The position numbers and the translations under genes were made by a program. Below, one piece after another: positions 13,739 through 27,410 of a stretch of 64,000 nt of DNA. Each line of letters begins with the position of its first letter. Position 1 is the stretch's first letter. The DNA is from Paraspadella gotoi (taxonomy: Eukaryota; Animalia; Chaetognatha), in contig CM119270.1 of NCBI GenBank assembly GCA_051294375.1, positions 2,843,980 through 2,907,979 of the forward strand, written 5' to 3'. The notes beneath the pieces were generated by a model, which did no database searches, was not told where the DNA came from, and saw only the letters and a list, made by a program, of their open reading frames with translations.

Positions 13739-14205
13739 AATAGGCGTCAAGCAGTAAAACATAGTTGGGATTTTTTGACCGCTCGATTTCCACGGCGGGA
13801 GATTGTCAATGCTGAATTTTAAAAAGATGCAAATTTAAAAGGGACAAATATTATTAAGCTCACCAGCCTCGCCATCATTGAATGTGATATCTTTCATAAA
13901 CCAAAGGTTTTAACAGTGACCAATGGCCCGCGTTACTCTGACTAACCCCATTGTTATCAGTTGTCAACTCATAACTCAAAGATTCCGTAGTACCAGTCAT
14001 TAGTCATTGACTTTCTCCTTTTTGCTTAAACTCTTTTTCTTTCTTTTTTTTTCTCTTTTTCTCTTTTTCTTTTTTTCTCTTTTTCTTTCTTTTTTTCGTT
14101 CAACAGCCTCAAGGCCTTTTTTTGCTTTCCTTTTACCTTTCTATCTCCGTGGTTTTCTCTTATCTATTTTTCTCTCTCTCTTCTTATCCCCCCTCCTGCC
14201 TAATT

Positions 14206-14262
<57 letters not shown>

Positions 14263-15554
14263 TTCCTCTCTCTGCTCAGCACTCATCGCCTCGTCCATAA
14301 ACTTAGCCATAACCTTCCTCATAAACATCGGATGCTTCACCCAACCTTTCTCATTCCGGACGCCTCTTCTCATTTCTTTTCTTTTCTTTTCTTTTCTTTT
14401 CTTTTCTCTTCTTTTCTTTTCTCTTTTCACTTTTCTTCTCTTTTCTTCTTCTTTCTTCTCTTCTTTTATCTTTTCACTTCTCTTCTTTTCTTTTCTTTTC
14501 TTTTCTTTTCTTTTCTTTTCTTTTCTTTTCTTTTCTTTTCTTTTGTTTTCTCTTCTCTTCTCTTCTCTTCTCTTCTCTTCTCTTCTCTTCTCTTCTCTTC
14601 TTTTCTCTTCTCTTCTCCTCTCTCTTTCATTATCTCCTTTCGTTCACATTCGTTGCCATTTTCAAAGTCCTGCCACATAATTTTTCTGTCCCCGTCTTCA
14701 CTGTCCTTTTTTTTCTTTTCGTCCTGTAACATTTTTTTTTCTCTCAGCTTAAAAGCATCTCCCCGTATATTGGTGGTCGCTCCCCCTAAATTACTTTAGG
14801 ATCTTGCTCCCCCTGGTTACCTGCCTTCCGCTCCCCTATCCCCGNNNNNNNNNNNNNNNNNNNNNNNNNNNNNNNNNNNNNNNNNNNNNNNNNNNNNNNN
14901 NNNNNNNNNNNNNNNNNNNNNNNNNNNNNNNNNNNNNNNNNNNNNNNNNNNNNNNNNNNNNNNNNNNNNNNNNNNNNNNNNNNNNNNNNNNNNNNNNNNN
15001 NNNNNNNNNNNNNNNNNNNNNNNNNNNNNNNNNNNNNNNNNNNNNNNNNNNNNNNNNNNNNNNNNNNNNNNNNNNNNNNNNNNNNNNNNNNNNNNNNNNN
15101 NNNNNNNNNNNNNNNNNNNNNNNNNNNNNNNNNNNNNNNNNNNNNNNNNNNNNNNNNNNNNNNGGAGGAGGAGGAGGAGGAGGAGGAAGAGGAGGAGGAA
15201 GAGCGAAAGAGGAAGAAGAAGATGCGGACTAATGGGTCGAGAACAACTTGAATTGTTGCTTTCAAAGACAAAGTGCTCGTCGCGCTCGGAGAAGAGAGAG
15301 AAGACAAAAAAAAAGCTGGGCGGTGTCTCTCTCTATCTCTCGCTCTCTTGCGTCTCTCTGTCTCTCTTGCTTTTATTATTTAATTAATTTATTTATGTAT
15401 TAATTTCTTCATTTAATTATCTATTTATATATTTTTTAAATTTGTATTTTTTTTTCTTTCTTTCTTTCTTTCTTTTTTCTTTTCTTTCTTTCTTTCTCTT
15501 TCTTCTTTTTTCTCTTCATCTTTTTTCTTTCCTCTTTTTTCTTTCTTTTTTCAT

Positions 15555-15587
<33 letters not shown>

Positions 15588-15804
15588 TTTCTTTTCTTCT
15601 TTCTCTCTCTCTCTCTCTCTCTCTCTTTCTTCTCTCTCTCTTTTTTTTTTCTTCAAACAAAGGCGCGAACATCAGAGGGTTTGGGTGAACAATACTAACA
15701 TTGTGCCTGTCTTTTGTTCGACTGTTTTTTTTTTTTGTTTGTTTTGTTTTTTTTCGCGCGGTTCTAGCGTGGCATTTCCTTCTCTCTCTCTCTCTCGTCT
15801 CTCT

Positions 15805-15853
<49 letters not shown>

Positions 15854-15954
15854 AAAAGTCTTCCTAGCAGAAAAGTAAAACGAAATTTTTGTTTTGCAGG
15901 CTTCAAAAACAAGAAAAACAGTCATTTTCTCGTTCTTACCGTTTAGCGCATAAT

Positions 15955-15993
<39 letters not shown>

Positions 15994-16119
15994 AACCTAG
16001 TGGAGTGTAGCGAAAAGTGTAAAGCAGAAAATGAGGCGGAGAGAGAATGTCGCTGGCATCGAAGGTTTTCGCTTCCCAGAATCTTTTTGCTTTTCTTCCT
16101 TTCACTTTTGCTTTTCGCC

Positions 16120-16700
16120 CTTCACCCAAAAATCCTTTTTGCCCTTAGCCCAAAAATATTTTGACTTTTTAGCCCAAAATCCTTTTTGCCCTTAGCCCAA
16201 AAATATTTTTACTTTTTAGGTCAAAATCCTTTTTGCCCTTAGCCCAAAAATCCTTTCCACTCTTACCCCACACACTTACTCACCCTTTAAGCCCAAAATC
16301 CTTTTTGTCCTTAGCCAAAAAATTCTTTCTGCCCATATCCCAAAACACTTACTCACCCTTTAAGCCCAAAATCCTTTTTGCCCTTAGCCAAAAAATCATT
16401 TTTGCCCTTACCCTAAAACTTTAATTCACCGTTTTAGCTCAAAATACTTTTTGCCATTATTCCAAAAATTCTTTTTGCCCTTAGTCCAAAACTCTTTTTC
16501 ACCTTTGAGCCCAAAATCCTTTTCGCCCTTCACCAAAAAATCATTTTCGCCCTTGGCCCAAATCTCTTTTTCACCTTTTAGTCCAAAATCCTTTTTGCCC
16601 TTAACCCAAAAATCCTTTTCGCCCTTAGCCCAAAACTCTTTTTCCCCTTTTAGCCCAAAAACCTTTCCGCTCTTTGCCGCAAACACCTTTTCGCCTTTCA
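16120..16700. repeat. About 22-23-bp minisatellite (CCCAAAA(A)TCCTTTTTGCCCTTAG)n
   Basis: Long tandem array; it produces the KGEK-repeat and SPKSF-repeat pseudo-ORFs. Confidence 0.9.
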
Positions 16701-17330
16701 ACTTTCACTATTTACCTTTCTATGTGTTGAACTAACTCAGCTCCATCTTAGCCAATGTTTGGACAGCCAGTTCGTCTTTCTGTATGTCTGGATCTTTTCG
16801 TCTGTCCTCACCTGCTTGGCCCGCTTGTCCCTCGGTCTGTCTCTCCGTAAAAAGTCCGTAAAACATCACATCTGTTTTCCACAATTTTCGTTTCAGAATA
16901 ACATTTCGATTCAGTAGAGAGAAAGAGTCAGACCGATTCTGCTTTTTCACACAGAAGTAATTTTCAAACTCTGAACGTTGTTACTTTTTTTAACTTGAAA
17001 GTGAGAGTGGGCGTCGTTTGTCATTTTCGAGGTGAATCGTGAAACTGAAGCGAAAGTGTGAGTCTTTCTTCGTCTTCACTCTAACTAATTCTTTGGACGT
17101 CTCCATTTTAAAGGACAAGTGTAAAGTTGAAATAAATACTTGTATGAAATATTTTGTATAGTTTTTTCCTTTCGTTGCGTTTGAATTTAGACGAAAAGTA
17201 AGAAAAATAATAATTTATTTACAAACATCGGTGAGATTAAAGATCGGACATGTTTCGGATTTTTTATTTTCCCTCTCTCTCTCTCTCTGTCCCCAACTTC
17301 AACCTGTCCTCTCCTCACATCTGACCACTA

Positions 17331-17461
<131 letters not shown>

Positions 17462-17469
17462 ACACACTA

Positions 17470-17500
<31 letters not shown>

Positions 17501-17884
17501 ACTCATACATTATTTGTGAAGTGAAAATCTTTTGAATTGCACAATTGTTAAAGGCGGTGATGAAGGCTTGTAAATAAAAAATCCGAAACATGTCCCTTCT
17601 TTAATCTCATCGTTGCTTGTAAATAAATTAGTATTTACCTTACTTTTCGTCTATGAAATACTTTAAAACGTCAATAAAAAGAACACAACTGTTTTCTTTA
17701 TTCGAGGTCGAATGTTTCTTTAAGGTAAGTAAAACTAAAAGGTAAGTTCTTTCCAGAGGATGAGAGTAAGGTCGGTAAGGATTTCCCTGCTGAGGTCATT
17801 CACTGGATTAAGGTCGAGGAAAAAAAGGGAGGAAATTTGTTGCGCAGAGATTTTCGGAGGCTTAAAGGTTAAACTCCTGTCGGA

Positions 17885-18225
17885 GGAAGGAAGGAAAGGA
17901 AAGATCATGGAAAGAGAGAGGAAAGGGAGGAAAGGAAAGATCATGAAGAGGGAGGAAATGGAGGAAAGGAAAGATCATGGAAAGGGAGGAAAGGGAGGAA
18001 AGGAAAGATCGTGAAGAGGGAGGAAAAAGAGGAAAGGAAAGATCATTAAGAGGGAGGAAAGGAAAGGTCATGAAGAGGGAGGAAATGGAGGAAAGGAAAG
18101 ATCATAAAGAGGGAGGAAAAAGAGGAAAGGAAAGATCATTAAGAGGGAGTAAAGGAAAGATCATGGAAAGGGAGGAAAGCAAAGACCATGGAAAGGGAGG
18201 AAAGGTAGGAAAGGAAAGAGAAAAA
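17885..18225. repeat. Purine minisatellite (GAAAGGAAAGATCATGGAAAGGGAG-like); copy at about 28835-29160
   Basis: Repeated ggaaagatcat cores. Confidence 0.8.
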
Positions 18226-19502
18226 GGAAATTTTATGGAAGATAAAAAGAAAGAATTGTTAGGAAGGAAGAAATGATAGGAAAGGAAATGTTTTGAAAGG
18301 TGGAGAGGAAGGGACGAATGATTGTTAGGAATGGAGGAAAATAAATCGCCTGAACTTGCAAGGAAGGAAAAGATATTTTTTTAGATCCTAAAATACAAAT
18401 GGGTTATGAATTTCGACTCTATTATCTCCTCTTCACACGAATTGCCTCTCACGATTCCATTGTGACGACGTCTCTAATATCTTATGGATGCGACGTCACC
18501 TCACAGACAAATGGGCGAAATGATCAGAGGCAAATATTTTCTGAATCTCTTGACTCCTTTTTTTTTTGCAGATGGAACTGAATGACGAGACTAAAAAGGA
18601 GACGAATGGACTTTCATATGACGCAAGGAGAAAAGACGACGATGAGGAAGACGAACGACGACGACGACAACGACGACAGCGGTTGATATCTGAGACACTT
18701 TTTTGACGAGATCGGAAACTAGTAAAGCACAAGGCACATTGATGAAAAAAGTCTTTTTTGATACATTTATATATTTTATTGTATAAAATTCTTGAAATTT
18801 GTTCTAAAGTTTCGCTTGTTATTTTCAGCGTGTATTTTCTAAAAGGAAAAGAAAATTTGGTGAGCAAATGTTTTATTGATCGAAGAGAGAAAAAAAGGCG
18901 AGATGATTTGAATGAGAAAATCTAAGGAAGAAGAACAAAATACGTTTAAACAAAAGGCAAACGTTATAAATTTTGCCTAAAGTTTGATACACAGAAATAT
19001 ATATATATTTATATATACAAATAAATAAATAAATAACAAACAATAAACCAAAAAGCAGAGAATAATGTAAAATGAAATGGAGAAACAATCCCAAGATAGA
19101 AAATAAAAATTAGAACGAAAAAAGAAGAAAAAAATAGAATAATAAAAAGGAGGAAAAAGGAAAGATTAAAAAGGAGGAAAAGAAAAGAATAAAAAGGAGG
19201 AAAAAGAAAAGAACAAGGAGGAAAAAAGAGGAAAGCGATTACAAATGAAAAATGACATTAGCATTGGACGCGGTCGAGTCCACGGTTAAATATTTGTCGT
19301 TTAAGAAGAGCGAGGATAGAGAGAGAGAGAGAGAGAGAGAAAGAAAGAGAGAAAGAGAGAAAGAGAGAGAGACAGAACCTATTTCCTAAGTGCTTGTGGA
19401 AAGTAGACTCGTTTTTATCGCTGTCGTCGTCTTTGTTGTTGTTGTTGTCATCGTCAATAATAGTAGTCGTCGTCGTCGTCGTCGTTGTTGTTGTCGTTGT
19501 CG

Positions 19503-19534
<32 letters not shown>

Positions 19535-19732
19535 CGTCCTTCGTCTTGAATTCGCGATGATTTCAACAGAAGCGTCACGTTATTTTTGTGCGTTTGTTTT
19601 GTTTGTTTGTTTTTGTTTATTATTTTCGATTTTCCCGCCCCAATTTGTGAGGATTCGTCTCATGGTGACTCGCTAGTCCGTATGAGAGAGAGAGAGAGAG
19701 AGAGAGANNNNNNNNNNNNNNNNNNNNNNNNN

Positions 19733-19790
<58 letters not shown>

Positions 19791-20632
19791 TGTTAATGTT
19801 TTGTCACATAAGGTTCCGCATACAATCCGTGTCTTTTAGACAACGAAATCTGAACTTCAATAATTACCATCTTTCTTGATCTCATTGGTTAGAATGAAGC
19901 TTTCTTTATTTAAAAAAACGGTAGGCTATAGTTATCTTCTTCTTATGACATAGTAATTTCCAGGTAAATTTCTATGAGTTAAAAATACGGTAAGACATGT
20001 TTTCTTCAATGAGTGTCAATCAAATCTTAATTTTAGAAATAAGTATGATTGAATTTTTATGGTAAAGATAACTTTAAAGATTGAATTCCTCATAAGAATC
20101 TTCACGTCTTTTACTTACACAAAACTATTCAGGCAGGACGCCACATTATCTCATACAATGTTTTTCCCCTCATACCCTTTCTCTGATTCTTTTTCTTCAT
20201 CTCTTTTCTTCTCTTTATTTGCATTTTTCTTTCCCTCTTTCCTCCCCTACTTCTCACGCCGTCAATTACCATTTTTTTAGCCCTACCTTTTTTTTGCCAC
20301 TCTTCCACTTTCCTCACCTTTTTTCTCTTCTTAATTCTTTCCCTTTCTTTTCCCCTCTTTTTCTTTCCATTTTTCCCTATTTTCCTACCTTTTATTTGTC
20401 TCACTATTTTTTTCGCCATTTGCCTTCTTTTTTTGCCATTTGCCTTCTTTTTTTGCCATTTGCCCCCTCTTTCATTCTCTCCCGACCTCCTTTTCTTGTT
20501 CTCCCGTTCGTTTTTCCTATCACTACATTTACATTGAGCCAAATAAAAAAATCTTTCTTTTGCGTTATAAAAAAAGAAATTAACGGTAATAAAGGATTTT
20601 ATTTCAATTTTGGTTGCCTAGCAGATTTAATA

Positions 20633-20676
20633 AATCGACAGATTTTGCGGAAAATTTTTCGCAAAATCTGTCGATT
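20633..20676. repeat. 44-bp palindrome inside the Kolobok-type element (copy at about 31711-31754)
   Basis: aatcgacagattttgcg-gaaaattttt-cgcaaaatctgtcgatt, 17-bp perfect arms. Confidence 0.9.
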
Positions 20677-21293
20677 CTCAGAAAAAACAAGTCCTGACGC
20701 TTTCCATTGGTTAAAAGGATGCGGTTTTTTTTGTTTTAATAACGTCAGTATGTAGCTCATCCTTTAAAACTAATAAATGAGTTAAAAATACTCTCTTTAT
20801 CAAAAATAAATGCAAGTCACAAAAAGTCACAAATTAAAAGTTGTCTTTAAAAATTATTTGTGGCTAAATGAAAAAAGTTTTTTTGATAATTTTGAAGGTG
20901 TTAAAAGCTTATTTAATAGGCTATATTTTCTGTTAATTTAAACCAATTTGATTTATTTTTGTTTAACAAATTATGATAAAGACTGAAACTGCAACTTTTT
21001 GACTTGTTAACTTTAAAATTAATTCATAGGCAAACTATAAATGACTTAAGCAAATAAATTTACACAGGGGTAAAGAAGATAAGGAAGAACGGATTTCCAA
21101 AGTAAAAATTTTTCTCAACTTTCCTTGGCATTCAAATCATAGGTCGTAAGTAAAAATGGACAAAAATGGACATAATTTTTTTTCCTAAAAGTTGCCAAAA
21201 TGGTACTCTTTTATCATTAGAAACGGGTGGAGATGTTTCTAACCAATCCTTCGTTCGACCTAATTTGTGTTGAGGCACAAAGTTAATCAACAT

Positions 21294-21606
21294 TGTAAGT
21301 AACAACTGAACAATAGTGGCATCGCAGGAGTATCAAGCCACCAAAATCGAATCGGATCAAGCGAAATGGAATCGCCGAATCCTGATTGGTCAAGCACGAA
21401 CGGAATCGACCAATCAGCTTGCAGAATCATTGAATTGTAAATTTTACCCACGTTGCCGATCCTCTTCCCAAGATATAAATAGACTTAGCTTGTTCTAGTT
21501 TCAGTAGAATGATCAAGACTCCTGCGCGCGTCTCACCGTCACCTTTATTCTCAGAATAAAACCTCTTCTTGATTTCGTCATAGAAATCCATGAGTTTTTC
21601 CTTAAA
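21294..21606 (+). repeat. 5' LTR (about 313 bp)
   Basis: Starts TGTAAGTAACAACTGA and ends TGAGTTTTTCCTTAAA (imperfect inverted ends, 12/16; terminal CA reads AA). Contains inverted CCAAT pair (21382-21391 and 21408-21417), TATAAATA (21474-21481), TCAGT Inr (21501-21505) and AATAAA (21555-21560). No second LTR is available for confirmation. Confidence 0.7.
21474..21505 (+). promoter_or_regulatory. LTR core promoter, TATA plus Inr
   Basis: TATAAATA with a TCAGT initiator whose A lies 29 nt downstream of the first T. Confidence 0.65.
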
Positions 21607-21608
21607 TG

Positions 21609-21621
21609 TGGTGACAGGACT
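21609..21621 (+). other. Primer-binding site, possibly tRNA-Leu
   Basis: TGGTGACAGGACT lies 2 nt after the inferred LTR end and resembles the tRNA-Leu-type PBS TGGTGTCAGGAGT (recalled, 11/13). Confidence 0.55.
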
Positions 21622-21682
21622 TCTGGGCAAGACTCACCACTCCTCCGAGAAGCCAAAGCCACCAGCAACCACGCCACCTCAA

Positions 21683-23400
21683 ATGGATCCCGCACCCTCA
21701 ACCTCCACTGACACCCGGGCTGGGCAGATACCACCACCTCTCCCAGCACCAAAAGGAATCTGGACGGATTGGCGAGATCCAGACAAAACGACGCCGAAAT
21801 CCGATTTCGGCGATGGCGACGGTAGCAGTTGCGACGACGACGACTTGGTGCGCACTTTCAACATGCCGCCCGAGTTAAAAAGCACTGCAGACTGACGACG
21901 AAGGATGGCATTATTGCCAAACAGATCATGCAAATCGTAAATGAAACAAACTTTCACAATCAACAAAAATTTGAACGTATTGCAGAAGAAATAAAGACCA
22001 TGGACACAAAAATAGGTGCCATGGATACAAAGATCGAACCATGGACAAACACATGGTAACAGCCGACCAGAAGCTGGACACGATCATCGCAGCCCTCCGA
22101 GGCGGGAACAACACTCCTCAAACAGCGCCGCACCAGCGTCAATCTACCCTGCACTCCCCAATGGACGACAACAACTTTCAGCTCACCCTCAACCCATCGA
22201 TAAAGTTAGCCAACCCCACGACGACGTGAGGTCCGAGACGGCCGTCAGCGAACCGCCTGGATACACGCCGTCTGAACGCCCCATCAAGCTTGAAAAGAGA
22301 GAAAAAGGAGCAAACGCCTGAACAATACTTACGAAACTTTTACCAGGCTTATAAGGACTCAACTGCGTCGCTAACAAGATAGACGAACAACTTCGCGCCA
22401 TCCTAGCACAAGACAAAGAGGCCGCGAGTTCACGATTGAACTCAACGGCAGTCGATGGCTGGGATTACGCGCAATCTTGAATCGTCATCACTCTCGATCG
22501 CCGAGGCCGACAATTAGCCACCTTGTCGGTTGACCCAGCCGTCCACTCGAGATACGGAGTTGCGTTAGTGAACGAAGCTCTAGAAAAATATGAAAATGTC
22601 CGAGAAAAAGACAAACCGTCCATCCCAGACTACGCAGCACAGCTCCTCGTCAAAAGCCTTGAACCATACATGCAAGGCATTACAACGAAAAACTCTTGAA
22701 TGGACTTACTTTCTCGAACGACAACAATACCTGGAGCTTGGCAGGGAAATCGAGTACCGTCTCAAAGGTTACCTAACCAGCGGGTCAAATAGCGAAAGGA
22801 TAAGAAAAGTCGTCAACACTGTCTCCGACGACGATAAAGAAAAACTCGTAAATGCCCTCGTCACCAAAGGACTCACGGATCAGGATCCAAACAGCAGCGC
22901 AACAGCCTTTTACCAAGGCACGATGCTGCAAGAACTGAATAACGTCAGCGAGACCATTAAGGAGATGAGAAAGCAGTTAGGAAAGCCGAATCGCGCACGA
23001 GAGGACCAGCGATTCGAACGACGCCGTGATGACCGCCGCGACGACCGCCGAGACGATCGCCGTGACGAACGCCGCGACGATCGCCGTTACGACGACCGAC
23101 AGAAAAGACGGAAAACGCTTCGATAAAGAACTTCAGCCAAAGAGGAGGCTGGAAAGGAGGTTGGAAAAACGAAAAAGGAGGACGTAACTGGCGCGACGAC
23201 GACAGAAAGGGAAAACGTTTCTCAAAGTTTGGGAAAAGGAGGGATATTGTTTGCTTAAACGAAGACTTAGAAAATGATTCTGCCGATGATGAAATGTTCG
23301 TTCTTAATAAAAACAATTTTCATTATTCTCGCGTAATTGATAAACAAAAAACAAAAGCAGAAGCCAGCCGTAATCAGCTAAACAAACATATCAAAAGCTT
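21683..23400 (+). CDS. gag: Gag-like protein (frameshifted): Pro-rich N-terminus, coiled coil, capsid-like region, Arg/Asp-repeat basic tail
   Basis: ATG at 21683 (MDPAPSTST...). Chained ORF fragments 21590-21895, 21829-22059, 22041-22229 and 22590-23126. Position between PBS and protease. RRDD repeats then RGGWKGGW; no CCHC knuckle seen. End approximate. Confidence 0.65.
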
Positions 23401-24074
23401 GGAAAAAAGGTAAACGCACTTAGAAACAGAAGTCCAATGATAAAGAAAGAGCAAAAAGGATAGAAATCTAGCAGATATTGCAAATGGTTTCAAAGGAAAA
23501 TCTACCTCCGCCAGGATGCACAAACTCTTGAAACCTTTAACAAAAAACGAACTGATTCTAGTAAATAAACTCGTTCACCAGATGGGATGGAAAGACTGGG
23601 ACAAAGCCAACGACGCCGAAAAAGAGCCAAGATCAACAGGTCCAAGGCTTGTGCCAAGCTGGTAAGACGATCCCATCGTCGGAGGAAAACAAACAAGAAA
23701 CACCTCCCCCCTCTTTTCTCCTCCTCCTCCACCCTCGCCACCTCCTCAACAAACAACCGGGTAAACCCAATGAGGAGAAAGAGCGATTGGGCCTCAGAAA
23801 ACTAAAACCTACTGGGGAACCGACAACCCAACCTACAGCATAGTGGCCGGCGAACACAACGGAGAATCTCTTCACCAGGCTACTATACGCAGAATAGAGC
23901 TAGAAATACACGATCCAGAAGTGTACCTACAGCCATCTCCATCTGCCGAAACCACAAAAGATGAAAAGGAAATCCCATCGCTCCCCACTGAGATAAAACT
24001 AAGAAACATTTCTCCAACGGAAGGCCCTGCTCCGCGTGACGCACGGGAAACTCCCTACACACCGGTAAAAAACA

Positions 24075-24340
24075 GCTACATACCGGCAGTCATAGCGGGA
24101 GCACCAGCAAGCTGTCTTTATGACACAGGAGCCTCGATAAACACAATTCCTCGGAGATTTATTGAAAAATGGGGCCTTGCCAGAGAAATTTACCATGGCA
24201 AGCCTCTGAAGCTCTCGACCGCCACCGGAACAATTACCTTAACGAAATGATTAACATCAGGATCATGTTCCAAGCGTGGGTACTGAGGACAACATTTTAT
24301 ATATCAGCCGATGAAAACGACCAGGATATCATCATCGGCA
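24075..24340 (+). CDS. pol: Retropepsin-like aspartic protease domain (one frameshift near 24245)
   Basis: YIPAVIAGAPASCLYDTGASINTI...LSTATG...FYI...DIIIG; catalytic Asp codon at 24122-24124. Confidence 0.9.
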
Positions 24341-24784
24341 CGGCCGTCACTAACCCTGGCCCACACAAAGAGATGTGGGTAGTGCAGCCATCCACATCGA
24401 GAAAAGATCTTCTGATAGCGGCGATGGATGGAAAACCAGTTCACACATCTCTTTCAAGAGAAGCATGAAGCTTTGAAAGCCGCGAGATGGTTGGCAAGGA
24501 GAAACGTCGACGATCAATTTGTCTCCCGCTTCACGTACAAAAAGATTGTGATAACAAAAACTGGTTAACTGCAGATAAGCTTACTGGAAGACGCTAGCCG
24601 GATCTAGATGGATTATCCAATCAACTGATGGACAAAGATCCATGTCGCTGATGGCGATAACCTCAGAGAAGGTATCGAGGTTGACGACCAACCAGGACGA
24701 TGGGGAGAAGCTTTTCTTTTAGTCACGGCAGAGGCAAAGTCTGATTTAGGTCTCGAAACCAAAAATACAGCGGAACCAGTACAA

Positions 24785-25745
24785 TAGGGCGTTGAAGAAT
24801 AACGAAATATAACAAATCAAGTGAGGTACATAGCTATTTTAGTGTAATAAAGTCTGTAGAATTCGATGATGATAACCATTTTCTTGTATAGTCTCATCTT
24901 CTTTGTCGGAAATGGCGATTTTTGCAGCATATAAGGTGTTATTAAAATGGAGCAAACTCAAATTATTAAGATTTATAAAAGCCATATTTAACTTACATAA
25001 TATGAAAATTAAGACCCATATAAATATTTTGGTAAGTTTATTTACAAATTTTATATTTTATTAATAGGTGTTAGCTATATTTATTAATAAATAATAAAAA
25101 ATAAGCTAAAGTGAAAAAATAAAAAAAATAAAATTTTAATACTGGATTTGAATTCCTTACAAAAAGTTGATATAAGAAAGTATAATCCATTTTAAAAAAT
25201 TCTTTCATTAAGTAGGTTAAAAATATTAAAAACTATTATTTTTATTTAATTTTTTAATTTTTGGCTTAAAATTATAGTTTTCTGAATTTTGACCCACTTA
25301 ATGACATAATTTTGATATAAAATTTATATTTTCTTATATCAACTTTTTGCAAAGAATGCAAATCCATGAAAAAAATTTTGTAATTATTATTTTTTAACTT
25401 TAACCTAATTTTTACTCATAATTATTAATAAATATAGTTAACTAACTTTTTTATAAAACATAAATTTAGAAATAAACTTACCAAAATATTTTTATAAGTC
25501 TTTATTTTTATAGTTCAAAAGCTCATATAAATTTTATAAAATTTTAATAATTTGATTTATCATAACTTATATGCTTTTGCTATTTTATAATAATTTTATA
25601 TACATTAAAAACCGTCATTTCCGACAAGAAAGATAAAATTATACAAAAAAATGGTCATCACCATCGAATTCTACAGACTACATTACACTAAAATAGCTAT
25701 GTACCTCAGTTGATTTGTTATATTTTGTTATTTTTCAACGCTCTA
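24785..25745. mobile_element. hAT-type foldback MITE, 961 bp, inserted in pol
   Basis: Termini TAGGGCGTTGAAGAATAAC... / ...GTTATTTTTCAACGCTCTA; 8-bp TSD CAGTACAA at 24777-24784 and 25746-25753. The halves are inverted copies over nearly the whole length. Excision restores ...NTAEPVQADLSG... in pol. Confidence 0.93.
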
Positions 25746-25973
25746 CAGTACAAGCAGACTTATCGGGAAAAAAAAACCACTGCTTCGAAAAATAAGAAAA
25801 GATAACATCCCAGCAACAACGATCGTTCGTCATGAGCCAACTGAAGAAGAGCTCGAAGCTGTAAAAAAGGCAAGACAAGCTCGAAAGGACAAACACGATG
25901 CGAGAGGAAAGGAAGCATTTCTCAAACCTTTCAAGGACGTGGATCCCACACTGGCCGATAAAGCCCCCCTAGT

Positions 25974-26760
25974 ATGGGATATGGTGTGGGATTTAGAGAC
26001 GTTTTTGGCGAATCTATCAACGATTGCAAAGAAGGCTTCCTTAATTACAAGGTGGATCTTGGCTTTACCGAAGAGGATCTACCCAAACCCCGCTTCGTTA
26101 ACCAAGGACCTGTAAAAAAAGCAGCTCTAAAAAGGTACTTGGAAGTTTATGAAAATGCAGGAATAGTGTCAAGAACAAAAAACGAGGCATATTCCAATGC
26201 ATTTCTAATCAAAAAGCCAGGACATGTTGCCGAAGGACAAGATGAAATGTCCGATGAAACCTTTGCAAAACAATGGAGATTAATCTGCGATTTATCAGCA
26301 GTCAACAACAATATTTCTACCTATGCAACCGAACCTCAAACTATTGCATCAATCCTCGAGCAATACAAGCCTCATGAACTACAATGTTCCCTCGACATCC
26401 TAGCTTGTTTCCACCAGGTGAATCTCACCGAAAAGTGTAAAAGAGTCACTACCTTTGCCGGCGCCGGCCATAATTGGTGGATGAATAAACTACCCATGGG
26501 CGGAGTAAATAGCGTCAATGTCTTAACAAGCTATTCTCGACGAAATCTTCAAAGATCTCGGAAGAGACGTCAAAAGTTTCCTTGTCTACGTTGACGATCT
26601 CATCCTCACAGCAAAATCGGCAGAGGATATGGCCGAAAGGCTCAGGGAATTACTACAAAAGTGTAGGGACGAAAACGTCGTACTCAAGTGGACTAAAAGC
26701 GTTCTGCTACGAAAAGAGGATATCAAGATCCTCGATTTAGCATTTCCAATAGCAAGCTCC
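25974..26760 (+). CDS. pol: Reverse transcriptase domain (frameshifted near 26530)
   Basis: YSNAFLIKK..WRLICDLSAVN..SLDILACFHQV..TTF..WWMNKLPMGGVNS, then FLVYVDDLIL (YVDD at 26587-26598)..VVLKWTKS. Confidence 0.95.
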
Positions 26761-26833
26761 TTCCTCAAAGGGAAAAGCTCGAAGCTGCAGAGATAAAACT
26801 CAAGGATCTAAAAGTCAAAAGGACCTGAGGGCC

Positions 26834-27410
26834 ATGCTTGCTTCGCTAAATTATTACAGATGCTTTACACACAGATTCTCGTACATAGCGCAGCCACTTC
26901 ATGCCCTCACGCTCATGAATCGAAAGGATTTCAAATTCACCGAGAAACATCGGGAGATGCTTACTCTCTTGATAGAGGAAATCAAAACTTCTCCCGGGCT
27001 CAACTTCCTCAATGACCAGAGGATAAGACAAGGCGCTTACAAAATCTATGCCGACGCGAGCACAACGGCCATGGGAGGCCTCATCACAGCCACAGCAGAT
27101 GGGGTGGAGTACCCATTATCTTTTCACTCCAAATCTTTCCAGAAGAGTACCGCATAAAACATATCAACATACTCGAAACTCTTGCTTTCAATATGATGGT
27201 AAGGAAGTATAAAGGATATACGTGTGGCAGGAGAGTCACGTTAGTAACAGACTCCCAATACTTTAAAAGAGTCATGGATCTCAACACGACAAGCAGCAGC
27301 TCCTCCCAACAAATGTTCTTCGCTGGATCACAGAAATAAGCAAGAATGTCAACCTAAAGAAGTCATTCTGGTCAAAAGCGAGGACAACCCCGCTGACTTC
27401 CTCACCCGCT
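26834..27410 (+). CDS. pol: RT connection and RNase H domain (frameshifted)
   Basis: LASLNYYRCF..FSYIAQPLHALT; KIYADAS..MGG..PLSFHSK; HINILETLA (from 27160); VTLVTDSQ; LRWI; KSEDNPADFLTR (ends 27409). All four acidic catalytic residues present. Confidence 0.9.

Noticed and set aside
16120-16700. Regular repeat arrays as CRISPR-like (also 47890-48190)
   Set aside because: No unique spacers, eukaryotic context, no cas genes; these are simple minisatellites.
18571-18686. Strong acceptor (T)nGCAG followed by MELNDETKRRR...DDSG*
   Set aside because: Low-complexity peptide; the frame is not preserved in the duplicate at about 29516, and its phase is incompatible with the lectin exon.
19791-21312. 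1.5-kb segment as the element's LTR (repeated at 30730-32393 and begun again at 27577), with (GA)n as PPT
   Set aside because: The promoter, polyA signal and PBS lie downstream (21294-21621). The segment starts with a DNA-transposon TIR, and the repeat extends 3 kb further upstream, so it is flank duplicated by assembly.
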